Positions 29,313 through 38,970 of a stretch of DNA of 64,000 nt are shown here, in pieces. Position 1 is the stretch's first letter, and every line of letters begins with the position of its first letter. The notes under the pieces were generated by a model. That model was not told where the DNA came from. It searched no databases and saw nothing but the letters and a program-made list of their open reading frames with translations. The stretch comes from an uncultured delta proteobacterium (GTDB lineage: Bacteria > Desulfobacterota > Binatia > Binatales > Binataceae): positions 1 to 64,000 of the forward strand of contig CAVXXK010000015.1 of assembly GCA_963765675.1 (NCBI GenBank). The letters run 5' to 3'. A program made the position numbers and the translations under genes.

Positions 29313-30182
29313 TCAACCCGGCGCGAAATAGAAGATCGATTGGCCGGTGCCGATTGCGGCTTCGTAGCGGCCGAATTGTTCGCCGCGCCAGCTCCACGCC
29401 GCGCCGCCCAACGCGCCCGCCATTATCAGGTAATGCGAAAAGCGGCCCTCCGGCGAGCAGTGCGTGCGAAAGTCGGCGGCCGATTCCAGTATCGCCTTGT
29501 GATCTCCGGCGCGGAACCATTCCATGATCCGTTCGTCGTAGATGCGGTTCGCGGTCGAGCTGATGTCGGCGGGCGCGGCGGATGCGTGCGCGAGGACGCG
29601 GTCGTAGTCCCAGAAGCGATGCGACATTCCGCCCGAGGCGACGATCACGACGCGCCGGTCAGACGCTGCGATCGCCGCGCCCATCGCGGCGCCGAACGCG
29701 AGGTCGTTGTCGACCGACGAAATCTGGCACACGCCCATCGAGAGCACGCGCCGGCGCGCGCCTGGATTGAAATAGTACATGACGTTGAGAGTCGGATAGT
29801 GGAGCGGCAGATTACGATGCGCCGACGCGACCGCGCGCATCCCGCGCGCCTTCTCCGCGGCCTCAATCGCGCGCGCGAGCTCGGGGTCGCCGCGATAGTC
29901 GTACTCGAGGTCGTGGAGCATCTGCGGCAGCTCTTCGGAGGTGTACACGCCGGCCAGCCGCTCGTGCGCGTTCAGGATGTATTCGAGCGTCGTGAACCAG
30001 TGCGAGTCGATTACGAGGAACGTGTCGAAATCGAGATCATGCAGGCGCGTGCGCTCGAGCGCGGGCATCGCATCGTAGAAGGTCGTCACGTTGTCGCCCA
30101 TGTAGGCTTTGCGCGCCGCAGGGTCGGTGATCATCAGGCGCGGCACGTGCGTGGTGAAAATCGCGGCGACGATTTCACCCAT
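29313..30182 (-). CDS. hpaD: 3,4-dihydroxyphenylacetate 2,3-dioxygenase (LigB-type)
   Basis: MGEIV..THVP, DSHW, YTSEELP, LHYPT, ASGGMSHRFW, GTGQ. Confidence 0.85.
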   Translation of the reverse strand: MGEIVAAIFTTHVPRLMITDPAARKAYMGDNVTTFYDAMPALERTRLHDLDFDTFLVIDSHWFTTLEYILNAHERLAGVYTSEELPQMLHDLEYDYRGDPELARAIEAAEKARGMRAVASAHRNLPLHYPTLNVMYYFNPGARRRVLSMGVCQISSVDNDLAFGAAMGAAIAASDRRVVIVASGGMSHRFWDYDRVLAHASAAPADISSTANRIYDERIMEWFRAGDHKAILESAADFRTHCSPEGRFSHYLIMAGALGGAAWSWRGEQFGRYEAAIGTGQSIFYFAPG

Positions 30183-31674
30183 CGCGATTCTCCTTGCGCT
30201 CCAGCTCCGCGCCGTATGCAACGCACACCAGCTTCGGCTCGGTCCAGAACTCGAGCGCATAGCGGCCGCCCTGGCGGCCGAGCCCGCTCATTTGTGCGCC
30301 GCCGAACGGAGTGCGCAGGTCGCGCAGGAAAAAGCTGTTGACCCACACCATCCCGGATTTGATTCGCTCGGAGACGCGCAGCGCGCGCGGCAGATTCTCG
30401 GTCCATACGTATGCCGCCAGTCCGAATGCGGTCGCATTCGCCATCGCGATTGCTTGCCCCTCGTCGTCGAAGCGCTCGACAGTCAGGACCGGGCCGAAGA
30501 TTTCTTCGGTGATTGCGCGCGAGGTTGGCGCGGCGTGGTCGAGAATCGTCGGCAGGTAATAGAAGCCCTCGCGCGGGATGTTGGAGTCCTTCGGAGCGCT
30601 GCCGCCGCACAGGAGCTCGGCGCCGGCGGCGACGGACTCGGTGACGAAGCCGTGAACGCGCTCGCGATGCGCAGCCGAGATGAGCGGGCCATATTCGGTG
30701 CGGTCGTCGAGGGGATCGCCGATTTTCAGGCGGCCGACTTCGTCGAGCAGCATCGAGACGAACTCACCGGCGGCTTTGCGCTCGACGAGCAGGCGCGAGC
30801 CGGCCACGCACGATTGTCCCTGGCTGCGGAAAATCGAGCGCGCCACGCCGGCCGCGGTCTCGCGCAGATTGGCGTCGGCAAAAACAATATTGGGAGATTT
30901 GCCGCCGAGCTCGAGCGTCACGCGCGCGAGCCGCTCGGCCGCGGCCGCCATCACCTTGCGCCCTGTCGCAGCGCCGCCGGTGAACGCGATCGCGTCGACA
31001 CCCGGATGCGCGGCGAGCGCGGCGCCAGCCTCGCCGAGGCCGGTGATGATATTGAGCACGCCCGCGGGAAGCCCCGCTTCTGCGGCGATTTCGCCGAGCG
31101 CGATTGTGGTCAGCGGCGCGAGCTCGCTCGGCTTGACGATGCAGGTGTTGCCAGCGGCGAGGCATGGACCGAGGTTCCACGTCGCGAGCATCAGCGGCGA
31201 ATTCCACGGAATGATAATCGCGCCGACGCCTGTGGGAGGACGCTCGATGATATTCATGAGACGCAGGTCGCGGCCTAAAAACCTGGCGTCGCCGAGGGCG
31301 GATTCCTGCGTCCCTGATTGCATCGCGGCCGCGAAGAAGCGCAGGTTCTTTGCCGCCCGCGCGACATCGTGGCCGACGCATTCGGCGATTGGTTTGCCGA
31401 CGTCGCGCGCTTCGAGCGTGCCGAGCTCGCGCGAGCGCCGCTCGATTCCGTCGGCCATACGGTCGAGGATTGCGGCGCGCGCCTCCAGCGGCATCCGCGG
31501 CCATGGTCCGTTGTCGGCCGCGTCGCGCGCGGCCGCGACCGCCCGGGCGACGTCGGCGATGCTGGCGTCGTGGATTTGTGCGACTTCGCGCCCGGTGGCC
31601 GGTTCGATATCGGCGACGCGGCGCGAGGAAGTCGATTCGACGTAAGCTCCGCCGATAAAGAGTCTGGTTTCCAT
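30175..31674 (-). CDS. hpaE: (5-carboxymethyl-)2-hydroxymuconate semialdehyde dehydrogenase
   Basis: PWNSPLMLATW, LELGGKSP, GQSCVAGSR, EEIFGP, RDLRTPFGG; hpa context. Confidence 0.8.
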   Translation of the reverse strand: METRLFIGGAYVESTSSRRVADIEPATGREVAQIHDASIADVARAVAAARDAADNGPWPRMPLEARAAILDRMADGIERRSRELGTLEARDVGKPIAECVGHDVARAAKNLRFFAAAMQSGTQESALGDARFLGRDLRLMNIIERPPTGVGAIIIPWNSPLMLATWNLGPCLAAGNTCIVKPSELAPLTTIALGEIAAEAGLPAGVLNIITGLGEAGAALAAHPGVDAIAFTGGAATGRKVMAAAAERLARVTLELGGKSPNIVFADANLRETAAGVARSIFRSQGQSCVAGSRLLVERKAAGEFVSMLLDEVGRLKIGDPLDDRTEYGPLISAAHRERVHGFVTESVAAGAELLCGGSAPKDSNIPREGFYYLPTILDHAAPTSRAITEEIFGPVLTVERFDDEGQAIAMANATAFGLAAYVWTENLPRALRVSERIKSGMVWVNSFFLRDLRTPFGGAQMSGLGRQGGRYALEFWTEPKLVCVAYGAELERKENRDG

Positions 31675-31822
31675 CCTGCGGCTCCCGTGCGGCGCACTTG
31701 CGATCCAAGCGCGCACGTCAATGGTAGCTGGAACCATAGCGCAGTCATCGCCGCGCTTCATGCGCGATCGCGCTTTAAGGTTGACCGGATCGGGCGACGG
31801 TTTTAATCTCGGAGGCATCCGC

Positions 31823-32476
31823 GTGGCCGAACATCCTAAAATCGTTCCACTGTTTCCGCTGCCGAACCTGGTGATGTATCCGGGCACGCAGGTTCCGCTG
31901 CACATCTTTGAGCCGCGCTATCGCGAGATGGTTGCCGACGCCGCGCGTGGCGACGGAATTATCGGGATGATCCTGCTCAAGGGCGACTGGGAGCGCGAGT
32001 ATCACGCGTTTCCGGATATCTTCGAGGTCGGATGCGCCGGCAGGATCCGTGATTTGGTGCGGCTCGAAGACGGACGCTACAACCTGATGCTCGAAGGATT
32101 CGCCGAGTTTCGCGTGCTGCGCGAGATCCGCGAAAGAGCCTATCGGCAGGCGGAAGTGCGATGGTGCCCGGTCGAGCCCGGCGCGCTCGATTGCGACTTC
32201 GAGACGATGGAGTCGCTGCGCGAGGTCTTGTTCAGCTATCTGGGCGATCCGGCCAGAGAGGCATGGCGCACAATCGTCGAGCAGCGTGGACTGCGCGGCG
32301 CTGCGCTGATCAACTTCCTGTGCTTCCATCTGGACGTAAGTCCGATCGAGAAGCAGACCCTGCTCGAGGCCCTCTCGGGGAGGGTTGATTGTCTGCTCGA
32401 CGTGCTTACATTTAAGCTCGAGGAACGGAAGCTCGGGCCGGTTGGATCGCGTGGCGGTCCAGACACGGTGCAGTAG
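31823..32476 (+). CDS. Lon peptidase N-terminal (substrate-binding) domain protein
   Basis: PLFPLPNLVMYPG..PLHIFEPRYREM, DGRYNL, EKQTLLE; RBS GGAGG. Confidence 0.92.
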   Translation: MAEHPKIVPLFPLPNLVMYPGTQVPLHIFEPRYREMVADAARGDGIIGMILLKGDWEREYHAFPDIFEVGCAGRIRDLVRLEDGRYNLMLEGFAEFRVLREIRERAYRQAEVRWCPVEPGALDCDFETMESLREVLFSYLGDPAREAWRTIVEQRGLRGAALINFLCFHLDVSPIEKQTLLEALSGRVDCLLDVLTFKLEERKLGPVGSRGGPDTVQ

Positions 32477-32518
32477 GAACCGGGCGCAGGAAGGGCAAGC
32501 CGCCGGCTGCATCGCAAC

Positions 32519-32539
32519 GTGGCAGATCTGCCACTTTTT
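32519..32539 (+). terminator. Perfect 16-bp palindrome plus T-run: terminator or activator site
   Basis: GTGGCAGATCTGCCAC followed by TTTTT. Confidence 0.5.
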
Positions 32540-32736
32540 GGATGCCGACACCGAATTGTTGCGCTCTTGTCGCAAACGGGTTAGCGCTGAAATGGAGTTT
32601 TCGCGCTTTGCATAACGCGGAATCCTTCGCAGAACGCGAAGGCTTAGGCAAAAGCTCCAATAAGTAGCGGAGCTAATCCTTTCCGAAGCCCGCATATCTC
32701 CTTAAATAAACTGTGTTCGCCGCGACGGCGAGCAGC

Positions 32737-32752
32737 AGGCATAAGAATTGCT
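32737..32752 (+). promoter_or_regulatory. Sigma54 (-24/-12) promoter
   Basis: AGGCATAAGAATTGCT: GG-N10-GC with TTGC, about 90 bp before ATG 32843. Confidence 0.7.
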
Positions 32753-32842
32753 GGTATGAAACGAACTTAATTGATTAACACCTCCGGCTCCTGCGCGTAG
32801 TCTCTAAATTGACGCAGCAGGTCGGGTGGAGCGGAAAGTCGC

Positions 32843-33277
32843 ATGGAATGGGAAAACACAGCATTGGGATCACTCTTTGTACCCGACGTTTTAACGCCTG
32901 AACAGTTTTACGACAGCCGCCGTGATGACAGCTCGATCCGGCCGGTCAAGAAGCTGATGATGGCGATTCTTGAGGACGCTTTGCGTTGCTTTCAGAACAA
33001 CGCCGACGCCAAGAACGGTTCGCGCAAGCGCCTGTTCCAGGAAGCTGAGCAGTGGCTCTGCGGAGAGGGCGGCGAAGGGCCGTTTTCGTTCGAGACGGTG
33101 TGCGAGACGCTCGGAATTGAGCCGGGGTTTCTGCGCAACGGACTGCGGGACTGGCGCAGCCAGCAGCTCGCGGGAATCTCGACGCGCCGGCTCGCGCGGC
33201 GTTCGCCGGTGGTCCGCAGCGGTCGAATCAGCGCGCCGTCACGGCGTGACGGCAAGCGCGCGGCCCGCGCCAACTAA
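32843..33277 (+). CDS. Conserved hypothetical protein (LM.AILEDA..W..PFSF..VC..LG family) with basic tail
   Basis: Clean ORF with sigma54 promoter and terminator; possible C-terminal HTH-like segment. Confidence 0.85.
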   Translation: MEWENTALGSLFVPDVLTPEQFYDSRRDDSSIRPVKKLMMAILEDALRCFQNNADAKNGSRKRLFQEAEQWLCGEGGEGPFSFETVCETLGIEPGFLRNGLRDWRSQQLAGISTRRLARRSPVVRSGRISAPSRRDGKRAARAN

Positions 33278-33325
33278 GGTAAGCGCAGGCAGCCTGCCGC
33301 TCAAGTAAAAATCGAAGATCGATAA

Positions 33326-33365
33326 ACGACGGCGCAGCGTGTTCACTTACACGCTGCGCCGTTGT
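33326..33365. terminator. Probable bidirectional terminator hairpin
   Basis: ACGACGGCGCAGCGTGT-loop-ACACGCTGCGCCGTTGT between convergent genes. Confidence 0.8.
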
Positions 33366-33448
33366 GTTTCCGCTACGAAATTGGCGCGCGCGGCATCATG
33401 GCCGTAAGCAGAAGCTTACGCCACGATACCGTGGCCCAATTAAACCGG

Positions 33449-33892
33449 TTAATGGCTCGCAGGGGGTGCGGACGGTGGCGCCGTGCCGCCAGCCGCCGGT
33501 GCTCCCGCTCCAGGCGTGGCGCCGAGCTTAGGCGCGGCCTTCGGCACATAGCCCGCAGGCGGCGGAGGCACAAATCCCTTCGGCTGCTCCGCGACCCAAG
33601 CCATGCAGGCAGGAATGTCATCTTCGACGACAGACTCCTGGGCCATGATCTGCTGGTCGGTCCAGCCGTGGATCTTCTCTTCGTGAACTCCCGGACACTT
33701 AACCCTGAGGTTAAAGTCGCGAGCGACTCGCGAAGAATCCGCGCTGGCCGTCTGCTGACCTGCCCCGCTGCTGCCCGCCGCTGCACCCGTCGTGGTACCG
33801 GCGCTGCTGCTGCTGCCGCTGGTGCTTGCGCATCCCGCGGCGAACACAATTGCCAGCCCACCGGCCAGCAACATCCCAATCGTGCGTCTCAT
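33449..33892 (-). CDS. Hypothetical lipoprotein
   Basis: Lipobox FAAGC; Ser/Gly linker; two-Cys domain; Pro/Ala tail. Confidence 0.75.
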   Translation of the reverse strand: MRRTIGMLLAGGLAIVFAAGCASTSGSSSSAGTTTGAAAGSSGAGQQTASADSSRVARDFNLRVKCPGVHEEKIHGWTDQQIMAQESVVEDDIPACMAWVAEQPKGFVPPPPAGYVPKAAPKLGATPGAGAPAAGGTAPPSAPPASH

Positions 33893-34017
33893 GGCATCCT
33901 CCTTCACTCTGGGGGCCTCCCCCGATAACTAGGCCCGCAACGGCCGATCCGCCACCCAAGTCAAAGCAGCGTCAAAATACACCTAATGAAAAATTTAGCA
34001 AACCCCTAGTAACATAA

Positions 34018-35022
34018 TTATAAGGCTTGGAAAAGCACCCGATTATCACGCTCGACTTTACGGGCGCGCCCCTCGATCCGGGCATACTCGAGATGCGCCA
34101 GGGTTTCAAAGGTCGCCGCCATCACGTGAAAGATCGGTCTCTCTTCGCCGCCGAAGACTTGTTGCGCCACCTCGAACGCGGTCTGTGGTTTATTGCGCAC
34201 CAGGTCGAGCATCTCGGCCTCGCGGTAACGATGATGCTCGATGATCTGGTTGGCGCGATGCCGATGGTCCTGATAGACGCCGCCGTGCGCGGGCAGAATG
34301 AGTTCGGCGTCGAAGCGCTGAACTTTTTTTTGTGAATCGATAAAGTCGCCGAGCGGATTCGCGCTCGCGTCGGCGTCGGGATAAATTCCGACGTGCGGTG
34401 TGATCTTCGGCAGCAAGTGATCACCAACGATCATCACCTTTTCCTTGCGCAAATATATTACGTTGTGTCCTGGCGAGTGACCCGGCGTCCAGATGACCTC
34501 GAACTCGCGATCGCCAACCTTGATCACGTCGCCGTCGTCGATGAAATGATCCGGCTCGGTCACCGGAAAATACATCTCCGTGCCCATCCACGCGGGCCGC
34601 ATCCCGGCCGAGGAATGCTCGGCGATCGGAAAGCCGTGCTTTTCGAAGAACGGCCGCGACTCCGGACGATCGGTCGGCCCCATCTTCCCGAAAAACAGCA
34701 TCCGACCGGCGCGCGCCGCTTCCAGCCGATGAATGTGCGTCACCGCGTGGCTGCGGCGGCGAATCTCTCCGGACGCGCCGAAGTGATCGATATGATGATG
34801 CGTCGCGATGAGGGTATCGAGATCTTCGAGCTTGATCCCGACTTGCGCAAAAGCGTCTTCGAGCGTGGCGATACTGTCCGGGGAATTCATCCCCGTGTCG
34901 ATCAGCGCCCAGGCGCCGTGACAATCGACCAGGTACACATTGATGATCGTCGGCCGCATCGGAAGCGGCAGAAAGATCTCGTAGATACCGGGATGAACCT
35001 CGACGATTTTTGATGCCATCAA
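34018..35022 (-). CDS. MBL-fold metallo-hydrolase with C-terminal winged helix
   Basis: THHHIDHFG, TPGHSPGH, GDH, LPAHG, ETLAHL. Confidence 0.92.
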   Translation of the reverse strand: MMASKIVEVHPGIYEIFLPLPMRPTIINVYLVDCHGAWALIDTGMNSPDSIATLEDAFAQVGIKLEDLDTLIATHHHIDHFGASGEIRRRSHAVTHIHRLEAARAGRMLFFGKMGPTDRPESRPFFEKHGFPIAEHSSAGMRPAWMGTEMYFPVTEPDHFIDDGDVIKVGDREFEVIWTPGHSPGHNVIYLRKEKVMIVGDHLLPKITPHVGIYPDADASANPLGDFIDSQKKVQRFDAELILPAHGGVYQDHRHRANQIIEHHRYREAEMLDLVRNKPQTAFEVAQQVFGGEERPIFHVMAATFETLAHLEYARIEGRARKVERDNRVLFQAL

Positions 35023-35115
35023 CTTCTCAGTGGCTGGCTTCGCTGAACTTGAGGTTCTTGCGATCCGCCGCCGGTTGCGAGCCCTGGCGCGTGCGCGCGG
35101 CTTGGTCGCGGCGCG

Positions 35116-35328
35116 TCACTCGTGCAACTCATCCTTGATCTGAAAGGTCGCCTTGATTCTTACTTTCCAGCGCACGACCTTGCTGTTCTCGACCGCGGCG
35201 GAAACGTCTTCGACGTGCACGCTGTGGATGCCCGAGATGGTCACCCCCGCGCGCGCCACCGCGATCTGGACAGCATCCTCGAGCGAGTTGGACGAGATGC
35301 CGGTTAGCTCGATGGTTTTTTCGACCAT
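35116..35328 (-). CDS. Dodecin family flavin-binding protein
   Basis: KTIELTGIS..SLEDAVQIAV..RA, WKVRIKATF; 70 aa. Confidence 0.88.
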   Translation of the reverse strand: MVEKTIELTGISSNSLEDAVQIAVARAGVTISGIHSVHVEDVSAAVENSKVVRWKVRIKATFQIKDELHE

Positions 35329-35521
35329 AATTTTTGAGCTCTGCCGCCTTCCGCACGCATGGCAGAATTGACGCGCTTACGGACGCGGCGCTACGCTCCT
35401 CTATGCGTGGTGATTAGCGCACGCGGCCCTGCGAAACAAGGTGACTGGCCGCGCGCTCACCAAACCGCGACACGCAGATCCCGCATCCAACACGCTCTAC
35501 CGGAGACGCCGCCGCGCAAAC

Positions 35522-36601
35522 ATGCCAGTGAAAATCGAATCGCCTGACGATCAGAACGGCCTCACCGAATTCATAAGCTTCGCCGACCGAGTGCGCCCCG
35601 AGCTCTCCGCCCGGTGGCCGGCGGCGGCCGACATGCAGTTACCGATGCTGATGGGCTTGTCGGCATTTATCGCGGGCAAGCCGCTGCGCGCGTTCGTTGC
35701 GCGCGAGAACGGCGAGATCGTCGCCCGAGTCGCGGCGCTGCTCGATCCCGCATACGCAGAGCGCTGGGGCGAAAAGCTCGGGCACCTGATGTTCTTCGAG
35801 GCCGCGGCCGGCGCGTCCGCCGCCGCCCGCGCCGTGATGGACGCAGCCTCGGAATGGTTGCGCGGCCAGGGCGCCATTGCTGCACGCAGCGGCTTCTACC
35901 TGCCGCTCGATATGCCGTTCGTGATCGACGAGTACGACGCGCTGCCGCCGAACATGATGCGCCAGAACCCGGACTACTATCATTCGATGATCAAAGACGC
36001 GGGCTTCTTCTGCGAGAAGGGGATGGTCGATTACAAAATCGAAGTTACACCGGAATTGATCGCGCGCTACCGCAGCGCCCTCGAGGCTGCGCTGCGCGGC
36101 GGGTTCGAGCTGGTGACGCTTGCCGACATTGCGCAGGAAAAGCGCGCCGCCGAATTTGGTCCTGCATTCAACGAAGCGTTCTACAACCATTGGGGCTATG
36201 TCGTCGCGAGCCAGGACGCGATGGCCGAGATGATGATTTTCGTCGAGTTGATGGGCGGGCTGGACACCTCGATTTGCGCGTATCAAAACGGCGAGGTTGT
36301 CGGCACGCTGATGGTCGCGCCCGAGGAGACCGCGCACGCGATCCTGCGGCCGGGCAGGGTGCTCAAGGATTCGGAGAAGCTCAATTTTCTCGGCATCGGA
36401 GTGCGCGAGCCTGCGCGTGGACGCGGACTGAACCTCGCGATGGCGGCGCAGACGTACCTGAAGCTGATCGATCGCGGCGCGAAGTATCTTAGCTACACGC
36501 TCGTCGTCGACGACAACTGGCCCTCGCGCCGCACCGCGGAGAAGCTCGGCGCGAAAGTCTGCGCGAACTACGTCGTATACCGCCGCGACTTCCGGGCATA
36601 G
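35522..36601 (+). CDS. Tandem GNAT-fold hypothetical protein (YghO-like)
   Basis: FVARENGEIVARVAA, NPDYYHSM, HWGY, IGVREPARGRG. Confidence 0.8.
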   Translation: MPVKIESPDDQNGLTEFISFADRVRPELSARWPAAADMQLPMLMGLSAFIAGKPLRAFVARENGEIVARVAALLDPAYAERWGEKLGHLMFFEAAAGASAAARAVMDAASEWLRGQGAIAARSGFYLPLDMPFVIDEYDALPPNMMRQNPDYYHSMIKDAGFFCEKGMVDYKIEVTPELIARYRSALEAALRGGFELVTLADIAQEKRAAEFGPAFNEAFYNHWGYVVASQDAMAEMMIFVELMGGLDTSICAYQNGEVVGTLMVAPEETAHAILRPGRVLKDSEKLNFLGIGVREPARGRGLNLAMAAQTYLKLIDRGAKYLSYTLVVDDNWPSRRTAEKLGAKVCANYVVYRRDFRA

Positions 36602-36604
36602 CGG

Positions 36605-37645
36605 TTGCCCGCGCGGCGCCGATTGATCGTGGCCTGGTGCCTTGTCGTTCTTGTGCTGTTGGCAGGATGCTCGACCGCGAACCGTTCGGGAGTCTGCACG
36701 CCCTATGGTGATCCGCCGGCGACCGTAAGCGGCGCCGATATCCCCGATTGCCGCGATGGCACGCGCATGGGTCCGTGGCGCGATTCGGACGGGACCGATC
36801 GCTACGCCTGCCTATGGAGTCCAGCCGCCCCGATGCCGGGCACTCAGCTCCCATTGATCGTTTTTCTGCACGGCGCGCCCGCGGATGCGGCCCAGGCGGT
36901 CGATACGGGATTAACCCGCCTCGTGAGCAGCGCGGAATTGAGCGGCGATCCCGCGCGGCCCGGCTTTTTCTTGCTCTCGATCCAGGGACGCGACATCTCA
37001 CATTACTATCCGCTCGGCGCCGCGAGCGGCACAGGATGGGACAACTGGTATCGCCAACTCCAACCCAAGGATACGAATTCAGAAAATGCCGATGCCGCTG
37101 CAATCGATCACTTCATCGAGGCGATGTCAGCGACCGGTAAGGTTGATCCTAAACGGATCTATCTCAGCGGATTTTCGAACGGTGGTGCGATGGCGATCCT
37201 ATATGCGCTCAGCCGCAAAGGCATCGCGGCGGTGGCGGTCTATTCGGCGCCCGACCCATCGGCATATGCGACCGACGCTTGCCGGCAGGTTCCGGTAGCG
37301 CGCGCGGCAAGCGACGATACTGAATATCAAATCCTGAATCCCAAGGTTCCTATCTATGAGGTACACAACGGATGCGACCTCGGCGCAATGTGCCCGAACA
37401 TCGAGCGGATGATCGCACGGCTGCGAGCCTCAGGCGTATCGGTCAATGATCAGATCATCGGATCGGAGAGTGATCCGACCAATCCTGCCAATCAGCAATC
37501 CGCCTCCGAGTGCTTTTCCTATTGCGGTACCGACCCTGACAACGCCTACCATCTTGTCGGCCTTTCAAATCACAATCGATGGCCCACCGAATGGACTCAG
37601 TCGATGCTCGATTTTCTCGCTGCGCATCCGCTCAAGACGCAGTGA
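36605..37645 (+). CDS. Secreted or lipoprotein esterase (PHB depolymerase-like alpha/beta hydrolase)
   Basis: LLAGC lipobox, PLIVFLHG, VDPKRIYLSGFSNGG, HNRWP. Confidence 0.82.
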   Translation: MPARRRLIVAWCLVVLVLLAGCSTANRSGVCTPYGDPPATVSGADIPDCRDGTRMGPWRDSDGTDRYACLWSPAAPMPGTQLPLIVFLHGAPADAAQAVDTGLTRLVSSAELSGDPARPGFFLLSIQGRDISHYYPLGAASGTGWDNWYRQLQPKDTNSENADAAAIDHFIEAMSATGKVDPKRIYLSGFSNGGAMAILYALSRKGIAAVAVYSAPDPSAYATDACRQVPVARAASDDTEYQILNPKVPIYEVHNGCDLGAMCPNIERMIARLRASGVSVNDQIIGSESDPTNPANQQSASECFSYCGTDPDNAYHLVGLSNHNRWPTEWTQSMLDFLAAHPLKTQ

Positions 37646-37774
37646 CCCGTTGATCGAGAAGAGACCTGCGGGACGCCCGTCCTCCTAAGAAACAGGATGA
37701 GGATTCGTGGCATCGGTCCGCCGGGATGGGGCAGCGCGGCCTTCCACTGCGATTTATCCGCACATACAGACGAC

Positions 37775-37985
37775 GCTTCGCGTCAGCCGACGGGCCGTCG
37801 GCAGCCACTGGCAGAATCAAGATAGAGGTCGGTAGAGTCGGCGTCCCGCCGGCCGTCACTGCGCGCCGCGCGAGAGCCTATCGTGAGCGAAGCCGAAGGA
37901 TATCCCGGACGAAGGGCCTCTGCATGTGGTGTTGGGGTGAAGCATGGACGCCTCGGGATTTCTCCCTTCGGTCGAAATGACGGCC
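37775..37985. repeat. Second mixed REP-like cluster between convergent genes
   Basis: GCCGACGGGCCGTCGGCAGCCACTGGC, GTAGAGTCGGCGTCCCGCCGGC and GGGATTTCTCCCTTCGGTCGAAATGAC (a short GTCATT-type REP). Confidence 0.7.
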
Positions 37986-38147
37986 GCGGGATCGGCTGAG
38001 ACTACGATGCTCATCGCCTCACACACTTTCATGGCAGACTACGATAGTCATCGCCCCCACACACTTTCATCGCAGGATGACGGACAAGAACTCGCCATTT
38101 GTCGACAGCCTCTACTGGGCGAGGGATCAGACAGCGGGAACATCATT

Positions 38148-38189
38148 CAAAAAAAACGGCGCGGCGATTTTTTGCCGCGCCGTTTTTGA
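38148..38189 (-). terminator. Rho-independent terminator, probably bidirectional
   Basis: AAAAAAAACGGCGCGGC-loop-GCCGCGCCGTTTTT directly after the Rieske stop. Confidence 0.88.
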
Positions 38190-38199
38190 GAATCTGTGT

Positions 38200-38811
38200 T
38201 CAGACGACTTTCAGGATGCTTTGGGGATATTGCTCGTTGGGGTCGACGCCCGGCGCCATCTCGTAGAGCACCGATTTGTCCACCACCAGTTGGCCGTCGT
38301 CACCCACATAGATCTTGAAGCGATCCATCGGGCGCGGCGCAGGTCCTTCGAAATTCAAACCGCTGATGTAATAGCCCGAGCCGTGGCATGGGCACTTGAA
38401 CTTCTGCTCGGCCTTGAGCCATCGCGGAGTGCATCCGAGATGTGTGCACTTGGCGAAGATTGCGTAGAACCCGGCCTTGGTGCGGATGATCCAGGTGCGG
38501 AAATCCTGCTTGTACTTTTCGCTGACTTCGCCGACGACGTAATCGCTCGGGAAGCCGGCTTTGAATTTCGACGGCGGCAGGAACAGCACACGCGGAAATG
38601 CCGAACGTACCGCGGCGAGCAACCCGATGGTCGTTACGGCGCCGAAGCCGCCCCATCCGAGGCGTCCCAGAAAGTCGCGCCGGCTCCATAGCGAGCCGAT
38701 CTCCGCTTTTTCCTTGTCGCGTTTGGCGCGTTCGCGCGCCTGCTCGTCGGCGCGCCACTTCGCCAATTCAGCTGGATCGGTTGGAGCTTTGCCTTTAGAT
38801 GCCGCAGCCAT
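38200..38811 (-). CDS. Rieske [2Fe-2S] subunit, cytochrome bc/b6f type
   Basis: SRRDFL Tat/TM, CTHLGC, CPCHGS, GPAPRP. Confidence 0.93.
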   Translation of the reverse strand: MAAASKGKAPTDPAELAKWRADEQARERAKRDKEKAEIGSLWSRRDFLGRLGWGGFGAVTTIGLLAAVRSAFPRVLFLPPSKFKAGFPSDYVVGEVSEKYKQDFRTWIIRTKAGFYAIFAKCTHLGCTPRWLKAEQKFKCPCHGSGYYISGLNFEGPAPRPMDRFKIYVGDDGQLVVDKSVLYEMAPGVDPNEQYPQSILKVV

Positions 38812-38970
38812 TTGAAAACCTCATGGCCTCCGAGTCGGGGCAAGCCGGATTAGGCGCGCCCATTTACTAAGACGTTAGCGATTAGCAGAAATTCTAACCT
38901 TGCGAGGCAGATGATTTCAAGGAAGCCGCATTCCCGCAAAAAGAAATGGTTTGATCAAACGGTAAACAGC

